32,277 nucleotides of DNA from a virus (lineage: Duplodnaviria; Caudoviricetes), in the IMG/VR virus record IMGVR_UViG_3300024355_000623, positions 1 through 32,277 of that record; one strand, written 5' to 3'. Position numbers and translations under genes: made by a program. The first letter of the stretch is position 1; every line of letters starts with the position of its first letter. This document shows, piece after piece, positions 26,499 through 32,277 of this stretch. The notes below the pieces were generated by a model. That model worked only from the letters and a program-made list of their open reading frames with translations, did not search any database and had not been told where the DNA came from.

Positions 26499-26672
26499 CT
26501 AGCATTTTCGTGATTCCTCCCGAATCAGGGTGGAGTCAGTCCGGAGTTCCGGTAGCCCGCCCTCCCGCTCAATGGTCAACGTCACCTGTTTTCCCCGCAG
26601 AAACACCCGCACCAACACATCCCCGATCCATACCGACTGACCGCTTTTTCTGGTCACCATCGCCCCTGCCAT
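26499..26672 (-). CDS. CsrA-like protein (copy 2; 57 aa, absent from ORF track)
   Basis: Manual translation MAGAMVTRKSGQSVWIGDVLVRVFLRGKQVTLTIEREGGLPELRTDSTLIREESRKC; TRKxGxSxxIGD, GxQV and IREE match CsrA. Confidence 0.62.
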   Translation of the reverse strand: MAGAMVTRKSGQSVWIGDVLVRVFLRGKQVTLTIEREGGLPELRTDSTLIREESRKC

Positions 26673-26689
26673 GCCTTGCCCCCCGTCTT

Positions 26690-26960
26690 AGGACAACCCG
26701 GGAGCCTGGAACTGCTCCAGTCCCCACCTCTACCGCCCCCGGGCCACCCAGGCGCACGCCGGGGACTTGAACCCCGGACCCGGATCCCACCATCCAGGCT
26801 GCCCCCGCAGACAACAAGCCTGCCTGGCACCTGCGACCCCATCACGACGAACCCCATAAGCTCCCGGTCCACCGCGATGTTCCTGTGGTGTTTTGGGGCG
26901 CATGGCCATTTCCTGTCACCATCCGCCCCTGGCACATCCTGCGCCAAAGCACCATCCATG
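26690..26960 (-). ncRNA. Candidate structured GGA-repeat RNA (CsrB/RsmZ-like sRNA or leader)
   Basis: 11 GGA motifs including CAGGATG, 2x ACAGGA, ATGGATG and GCGGATG; hairpin GGCGC-AGGAT-GTGCC; further stems and a tRNA T-arm-like hairpin. Confidence 0.4.
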
Positions 26961-26965
26961 CACCC

Positions 26966-27021
26966 ACTGTAACCCGGATCCAAAAAGTGCCAATACTATA
27001 GCGTTGGAATAGCTATAGTAT
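26966..27021 (-). promoter_or_regulatory. Putative promoter plus inverted-repeat operator
   Basis: TTGGCA (26993-26988), 16 nt, TACAGT (26971-26966); ATACTATAGC-N9-GCTATAGTAT inverted repeat at 26993-27021. Confidence 0.45.
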
Positions 27022-27195
27022 AGCTTTAGGCCACCCCAAGAGATCCGCAATAGGTGTGTTAAAAGCTTGTTTTACAGGTGTTTTCGGCGATACGGATGGC
27101 GATTTCGGATGCAAATACCGGATGAGACAGGGAGAATTATGGGGCGGAAAGGCGGGGCAGATATTATGTTTGCCGTTTGCTGGCAGGGATCGCTT

Positions 27196-27690
27196 TTAAT
27201 TGATGATTTTGGACACAAGCAGATGCACGTCGGTCATGGGCGGGTGGTTCCGCCCTTGGGCATTGCCGACCGCTAAAGCAAATTGCTCCAGGGAAATCCC
27301 CTGGTGGGAAAGGTTCAGGTTTCCCAATACCTTGAAGACGATGGCATCCGCTGAGGAAATCAGGAACTCCTCCCTGGACTCCACCAGGAACGCTAGGGAT
27401 TCCGCTTCTCCGGGGTCCAGTCTTTCCAGGTAATTGCGGTCAAACTGTTTCTGAAATGCCAGCAGGCTGGAAACAGGCATATCAAAAATCCGCAGGCGTT
27501 TGCCGTTGATATCGGCGGTCAATTCAATCGGGATCTGCTCCTGGCAGTCCAGGTAAAAGATTGCTTCCTGAAAGGCCACCACACTGGAAAGGTGGACCTC
27601 CCATTTGGCCAGGATGGAATGCCACAGGCCGGCTTCAAAAAGGTGGATGACGATGTTGGCGTCAAGAATGAGCAATTTCGACTTCGGCAT
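27196..27690 (-). CDS. PIN-domain (VapC-like) nuclease
   Basis: LILDANIVI...E...LDPGEAESLAF...SSAD acidic PIN motifs; overlaps the upstream XRE-peptidase gene. Confidence 0.8.
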   Translation of the reverse strand: MPKSKLLILDANIVIHLFEAGLWHSILAKWEVHLSSVVAFQEAIFYLDCQEQIPIELTADINGKRLRIFDMPVSSLLAFQKQFDRNYLERLDPGEAESLAFLVESREEFLISSADAIVFKVLGNLNLSHQGISLEQFALAVGNAQGRNHPPMTDVHLLVSKIIN

Positions 27691-28771
27691 TTTCCTGGGT
27701 GTCCTGCTCGACAACCTGCATGGCCTCGCGCCTGGAAACGCCCAGGTATTCCGCGTATTTGCCGGCGGCCATCAAACCCCGGCGCAGGGCCTGGCGTGCC
27801 AGGGCGCAAAAGCGGGCGGGTCTTTCCGGCGGTTTTTCCTGATCCCGCTTTTCCAAAAATCCCATGCCGTCGCGGCAAAGTTCAATGTTGCGCTGGGAGT
27901 TTTCCCGGGAAATGTTGTAAAGGAATCCTATCTGCCACAGCATGGCCTCCACGGAGACATCAAACTGCCTGGCAATTTCAAACAGTGAATCCACCTGGAT
28001 TTTCCCTGAATCCGCCAGATGCCTGTCCACGGTGATCCGCAGGATTTCCATGGGCATCAGCAGGTTTCTGGCGAAGCAGGTCGCCAGCTTTTCCTCGGTC
28101 TCGGAGGCTTCCACCACATTTTCAGGGGCATTGGAACGGTACATTTTCCAGGTCAGCAGGTGGAAGAGTTCGTGGGCCAGGTCAAAATTCCTTCGCCAGC
28201 GGGTATTGCGGCTGTTTAGGAGGATGGCCGCGCCAAAGGAACCGCTCAGGGTGCAGGCCGCGCTTCCCGCGGGTTCGAAATCCTTGTGGAAAACCTTGAC
28301 CTTGCACACCTCCTCCAGGACGCGCAACAGGATCTGGCCCGGGCGGTCGCCCAGACCAAGGTCGTTGCGAACGCGCAAGGCCAGGGCTTCCGCCTCCGCG
28401 TAATGAAACCGTTCCGGATTGCCATTGGCGAAGGGGATTTGCAGGGGGTGGTTTTGGTCACACCAGGTTTCCAGATTGTGGTATTGCGTGCCCAGGGTCA
28501 CCAATTCCAATTCCAGCTTCAGGGCTTGGGAGGATTCCGGCTTCTGGCGCCAAAGGACCACTTCCGGGCAGTCCTCTCCCTCTTCCAGGAAAAAACTCCA
28601 GGGCCGTTGGTAGGTGTCGGCCAGCACCTTCAACTGGGGAATCCTTGGCTCCCTTTTCCCGTTTTCAAATTCGGACAGGGTGGATTCGCCAATCCCGGTG
28701 GCGGTGGCGACTGCGCCCAGGGTGTACCCCAGTGCTGTCCTGGCTTTTTTCAATCGTTCTGGAAAACCCAT
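27662..28771 (-). CDS. XRE HTH fused to an ImmA/IrrE (peptidase M78, DUF955) metallopeptidase
   Basis: RLKKAR...STLSEFENGKREP HTH; RRNFDLAHELFHLL HExxH; E..A..FARNLLMP. Confidence 0.92.
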   Translation of the reverse strand: MGFPERLKKARTALGYTLGAVATATGIGESTLSEFENGKREPRIPQLKVLADTYQRPWSFFLEEGEDCPEVVLWRQKPESSQALKLELELVTLGTQYHNLETWCDQNHPLQIPFANGNPERFHYAEAEALALRVRNDLGLGDRPGQILLRVLEEVCKVKVFHKDFEPAGSAACTLSGSFGAAILLNSRNTRWRRNFDLAHELFHLLTWKMYRSNAPENVVEASETEEKLATCFARNLLMPMEILRITVDRHLADSGKIQVDSLFEIARQFDVSVEAMLWQIGFLYNISRENSQRNIELCRDGMGFLEKRDQEKPPERPARFCALARQALRRGLMAAGKYAEYLGVSRREAMQVVEQDTQENAEVEIAHS

Positions 28772-29225
28772 GGCTCACTCCGATTTCTGATATATAGAAC
28801 TTCTATTACATTATTCGGGTTTTATCCATGCCATTGTTCTTGGAATGCGAAAATAAAATTTCATGACCAATGCGATTTTAGCGCAATTCTCATGAGAAAT
28901 CTTTGGTTGCAATTGGTTGATAATTATAACCAACCTCCAAAAGTTGGGACTTTTGGGATAATTGGGACTATGACCCAACCCAAGGGGGTGCCAGGGCGGG
29001 ATGTGTTATTGCTGCACCCCGACGGAACGGTTCCTGGCCAACGGGGGCTTTCTGCCAGGCATTGCCCAGATAATTAGTTTGATTTTGTTGCGTTTATTTC
29101 GAATATGGAGGCCAGAAAAGAAAAAGGAAGTATGGTACTAATTGCATTTGAAAGGATTCAAATTACAGTATCTATCAATGACTTATTGGTGATAACCCAA
29201 ACTGGCATTTTACAAAGGCAAAAAC

Positions 29226-30026
29226 ATGAATGATTTTACAGTGCTTGTAAATGATTTTTCCGAAAAACTAAGTGCAGACATTATTTTTTATCAAGACTAC
29301 ATTCATGCCAAGGGTGTAAAACAAGTAAGTCAGATTACTAAAAACACTTCCAAGAAAAATGTGTTGTTGATCATAAAGACTTTGGGTGGCGATCCAAATT
29401 CAGCATTCAAAATCGCCAGACTTCTCCAGGCAAAGTATTCCAAGTTTATGGTGCTGGTCTTTGATGTTTGCAAAAGTGCTGGGACTTTGCTGGCATTAGG
29501 ATCAGACGAAATCATCATGAGTGAGATTGGCGAGTTTGGCCCCTTGGATATTCAATTGCATTACGCAGATGAAATTCGGACGAGTTCTGGCCTGAACATT
29601 ACCGAGGCTCTAGATACTTTTAAAATAGAAACAAAATCCTTGTTTTGGGAATTATTGCAAGAGGCCACTCGGGGAACGAAAATTTCCATCAAAACTGCTG
29701 CCGAAATTGCTTCAAAATTAGCACTTGGATTTTACAACCCTATCGTTGGGCAAATAGATCCAGTAACAATGGGTGAAACAAATCGTACGATAAAAATTGC
29801 CATGGCATACGGGGAACGATTAATTGAAGATCCTGCGCGTGGAAATAGCACCTACGCCCAAATTGTCAGAATGATTCAAGATTATCCCAACCATGAATTT
29901 GTTATTGACTTTAAGGAATCTTTAAAATTATTCAAATGCGTTCGAAAGTGGAATGACCTGGAAGAAAAATTGGTTGAAAACATGATACAATGCCATGGTG
30001 ACAACCCTGTTATTGTCAAATATTAA
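29226..30026 (+). CDS. ClpP-class serine protease (SDH_sah/SppA-like)
   Basis: TLGGDPNSAFKIAR...KSAGTLLALGSDEIIM...FGPLDIQ...YPNHEFVID; AT-rich. Confidence 0.85.
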   Translation: MNDFTVLVNDFSEKLSADIIFYQDYIHAKGVKQVSQITKNTSKKNVLLIIKTLGGDPNSAFKIARLLQAKYSKFMVLVFDVCKSAGTLLALGSDEIIMSEIGEFGPLDIQLHYADEIRTSSGLNITEALDTFKIETKSLFWELLQEATRGTKISIKTAAEIASKLALGFYNPIVGQIDPVTMGETNRTIKIAMAYGERLIEDPARGNSTYAQIVRMIQDYPNHEFVIDFKESLKLFKCVRKWNDLEEKLVENMIQCHGDNPVIVKY

Positions 30027-30043
30027 ACTTGTGGGGATTTGCA

Positions 30044-30211
30044 ATGAGCCTTTCCAAGCAGGATTTATCAGATGCAATGGCTAAGATTCGCGCAAATCAA
30101 TTTCAGAAAACCAAAAATATTGTTGAACACCTTCACCTTTCCAGAAAACATTTGAATGATCTCTTAAACAGAAAACAGGATCCAAAAATAACTGGTCGCA
30201 AAAAAACCTAA
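30044..30211 (+). CDS. Small basic hypothetical protein
   Basis: MSLSKQDLSDAMAKIR... starts 17 nt after the protease stop; same AT-rich composition. Confidence 0.45.
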   Translation: MSLSKQDLSDAMAKIRANQFQKTKNIVEHLHLSRKHLNDLLNRKQDPKITGRKKT

Positions 30212-30416
30212 AACATTTGATTTTTTTTATTCCCTTAACAATGGTCACTGGTTGCCGGTAGGTTGCCGGTAGTGAACAGTGAACCATGGGCGGTAACCTT
30301 GCGGAATTAAGGCATTGTCAACCCCCATAATTATTCCACCTCCAAATTCTTTTCCCTGCTTTTCCCGGAAAATTCTCACTTTTCACAACAAATCTTGTGG
30401 AATAATTGCCTCATAA

Positions 30417-30581
30417 TTATTCCGCTTTCCATTTCGTCATGATGGATTTCCATCCATTAACAATTGTTGCATAGTTTTCCAGCTGTGATACACTTTGCGC
30501 CAGCTGCGGGAGCCGCTTTCGCCGATCCCGTAGCACCAGCACGGATTTTCCCGCTGCTACCCTTTTCGCATGGCGCGCCAT
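30417..30581 (-). CDS. Small hypothetical protein
   Basis: MARHAKRVAAGKSVLVLRD... 54 aa, divergent from the wHTH gene; weak support. Confidence 0.3.
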   Translation of the reverse strand: MARHAKRVAAGKSVLVLRDRRKRLPQLAQSVSQLENYATIVNGWKSIMTKWKAE

Positions 30582-30633
30582 CGGTATGGTAAGGACACTA
30601 AACAAATGAACACCGTTGTTAAGGATGCCTGCC

Positions 30634-30846
30634 ATGGACCCATTGGCCTTTTCACCCCGGTGGATGTTCTTCTCGGAATTTGAGGCTGATTTAATAACGG
30701 CGGTCGCGGAGCGTCCTGGAAGTGCCTCGGAACTTGCATACCGCCTGGGAATACCCCTGTCGGGCAACTTGCGCTATGTGCTGGCCAACCTGGTGTCCCG
30801 CAAGGTGCTTTCCATCGGAAACGATGGGTACCAGATCAGCCATTAG
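30634..30846 (+). CDS. Small winged-helix DNA-binding protein
   Basis: FSEFEADLITAV...SASELAYRLGI...LRYVLANLVSRKVL...GY; AAGGA RBS; directly upstream of int. Confidence 0.6.
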   Translation: MDPLAFSPRWMFFSEFEADLITAVAERPGSASELAYRLGIPLSGNLRYVLANLVSRKVLSIGNDGYQISH

Positions 30847-30894
30847 TTGATGCGTTTTCGGACTTTTCCATTTCACACCCAAGGGAGTAACACC

Positions 30895-32277
30895 ATGGCT
30901 AGCGTAGCAAGCGATCCGGACGGCAAGAAGCGCGTCCTGTTTGTGGCCCAGGATGGAAGACGGAAAACCATCCGCCTGGGCAAGTTCACCCTGCAGGATG
31001 CCCGGGCCGTGGCCCGCTACATCCAGGGACTGGTGGATGCTCGGATTGGCGGGGTCACTCCAGCACGGGATGTGGTCTCCTGGCTGGCGGGAGTGGGGCC
31101 CAAACTGTGGGAGAAAATGGTCCGTGCCGGTCTGGTGGAGGCAAGGCCGGGGGATGTGGCCTCCGTCACCCTGAAGCATCACTTGGACAATTACATGGCC
31201 AGGAGGGGCGATGTGAAGCCTGGCACCCAGATACACTGGGGCCAGACCTGCAACTGCCTGCTAACCTACTTCGGGCCGCTGCGTTACCTGGCGAACATCA
31301 CCGTGGGAGATGCGGAGGACTGGCAGCGCTGGCTGCGTACCGGGGAAGGCCGCAAGATGCGTTATGAAGGCCGGGAAGTCGGGGAGGGGCTGGCACCTGC
31401 GACCGTGGGCAAGCGCACCCGCAACGCCATCCAGTTTTTCAAGGATGCCGTGAAGCGGAACCTGATCCCCAAAAACCCCTTTGAGGGGCTGAAGTGCGAC
31501 AAGGGGACCAACAAGCAGCGCATCTTCTTCGTCACCCGGGAAATGGCTTCCAGGGTGCTGGATGCCTTGCCAGATTCCGAATGGCGCCTGATCTTCGCCC
31601 TGAGCCGGTTTGGGGGCTTGCGCTGTCCCAGTGAAACCCTGAGTCTTCGTTGGCAGGACATCAACTGGTCAACCGGGAAAATGCTGGTGCATGTGCCCAA
31701 GCTGGAGCGCATAGCGGGGAAAGGGACTAGGCTGGTGCCCATCTTCCCGGAGCTGAAGCCCTACCTTAACGCGGTCTGGGAGGAGGCGAAGCCAGGGTCC
31801 CCATTTGTGATTCGCCGCTATCGCTCCAGAAATGCCAACTTGCGAACCCAGTTGCTGCGTTACCTGGCCCTGGCGGGGCTTCCGAAATGGCCAAAACCCT
31901 TCACCAACCTCAGGGCAAGCATGGCGACCGAACTGGCGGCTAGGTTCCCGGCCCATGTGGAGGCGGAGTGGGTGGGCCATTCCGAGAAGATTGCCCGGGA
32001 GCACTACCTGCAGGTGACCGAGGCTGATTTTGCCAGAGCCCTGGCAGGGGACGAAAAAGCGGCGCAGAATCCGGCGCAGCAAAATGAGGAACCTGGCGGA
32101 AATGAGGGGAACAGTGTTTTGGAAATTGCCAAAAATCGACAAAAAAACGACGATTTTCGGGGTAATTCTGGCGGGTGCGATGGGATGCAGGGTAAGAGAG
32201 TGGGCGTACTTGGATTCGAACCAAGGACCTCAGCTTTATCAGAGCTGCGCTCTAGCCAACTGAGCTATACGCCCTAA
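30895..32277 (+). CDS. int: Tyrosine recombinase (phage integrase)
   Basis: GGLRCPSE, VPK, NLRAS, WVGHS and HY catalytic set; N-terminal RKTIRLGK arm-binding-like region; GGGAG RBS before ATG 30895. Confidence 0.93.
   Translation: MASVASDPDGKKRVLFVAQDGRRKTIRLGKFTLQDARAVARYIQGLVDARIGGVTPARDVVSWLAGVGPKLWEKMVRAGLVEARPGDVASVTLKHHLDNYMARRGDVKPGTQIHWGQTCNCLLTYFGPLRYLANITVGDAEDWQRWLRTGEGRKMRYEGREVGEGLAPATVGKRTRNAIQFFKDAVKRNLIPKNPFEGLKCDKGTNKQRIFFVTREMASRVLDALPDSEWRLIFALSRFGGLRCPSETLSLRWQDINWSTGKMLVHVPKLERIAGKGTRLVPIFPELKPYLNAVWEEAKPGSPFVIRRYRSRNANLRTQLLRYLALAGLPKWPKPFTNLRASMATELAARFPAHVEAEWVGHSEKIAREHYLQVTEADFARALAGDEKAAQNPAQQNEEPGGNEGNSVLEIAKNRQKNDDFRGNSGGCDGMQGKRVGVLGFEPRTSALSELRSSQLSYTP
32201..32274 (-). 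tRNA. trnI: tRNA-Ile (anticodon GAT), CCA not encoded
   Basis: GGGCGTATAGCTCAGTTGGCTAGAGCGCAGCTCTGATAAAGCTGAGGTCCTTGGTTCGAATCCAAGTACGCCCA folds into a canonical cloverleaf. Confidence 0.96.

Larger units (their letters stand above)
1..32200. mobile_element. Temperate siphovirus-like prophage (left end outside window), integrated at tRNA-Ile(GAT)
   Basis: Ordered head, neck, tail, packaging, replication and integrase genes; no tail sheath seen; integrase abuts the 3' end of an intact tRNA. Confidence 0.93.

Noticed and set aside
26206-26505. 99-aa minus-strand ORF
   Set aside because: Antisense to the convincing RHH gene and runs into the AT-rich promoter region
26752-26835. Calling this a functional tRNA gene
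   Set aside because: Only the T-arm is canonical; the D and anticodon loops are not, so it is reported as tRNA-like only
26654-26983. 109-aa minus-strand ORF and overlapping plus-strand ORFs (26510-26770, 26676-26972)
   Set aside because: Gly/Pro/Arg-rich low-complexity translations with no motif; the region is better explained as structured RNA plus the 57-aa CsrA-like gene, though not formally excluded
28887-28898. Perfect palindrome TTCTCATGAGAA in the intergenic region
   Set aside because: A single short palindrome in AT-rich DNA with no second copy; insufficient support
28286-29077. 263-aa plus-strand ORF
   Set aside because: Mostly antisense to the XRE-peptidase gene, with no recognisable domain

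Overview
Nearly the whole window is one temperate siphovirus-type prophage, truncated on the left inside a tail-fibre gene. It is bounded on the right by a tyrosine integrase whose reading frame runs antisense through a complete tRNA-Ile(GAT), the likely attachment site. Integrase and accessory-protein motifs suggest a Planctomycetota host (inference). On the minus strand, right to left, lie an early/replication block (CsrA-like, Bet, HTH, replication initiator, DUF669 SSB), DUF6378 and RusA, terminases, portal, MuF, protease-scaffold, decoration, capsid, connectors, tail tube, a -1 frameshifted tail chaperone, tape measure and tail tip/fibre genes. The accessory highlights are: (1) a candidate phage Csr/Rsm module with two CsrA-like genes, one missed by the ORF track, and a structured GGA-repeat CsrB/RsmZ-like RNA containing a tRNA-like element; (2) a MuF minor head protein fused to an R-S-E ADP-ribosyltransferase and coupled to an unusual 4x repeat putative immunity protein; (3) a self-promoted TIGR04255/unknown/ART-like three-gene moron; (4) an XRE-IrrE peptidase + PIN pair; and (5) an AT-rich ClpP-class SDH protease pair. 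All family calls come from motif recognition, not database searches.
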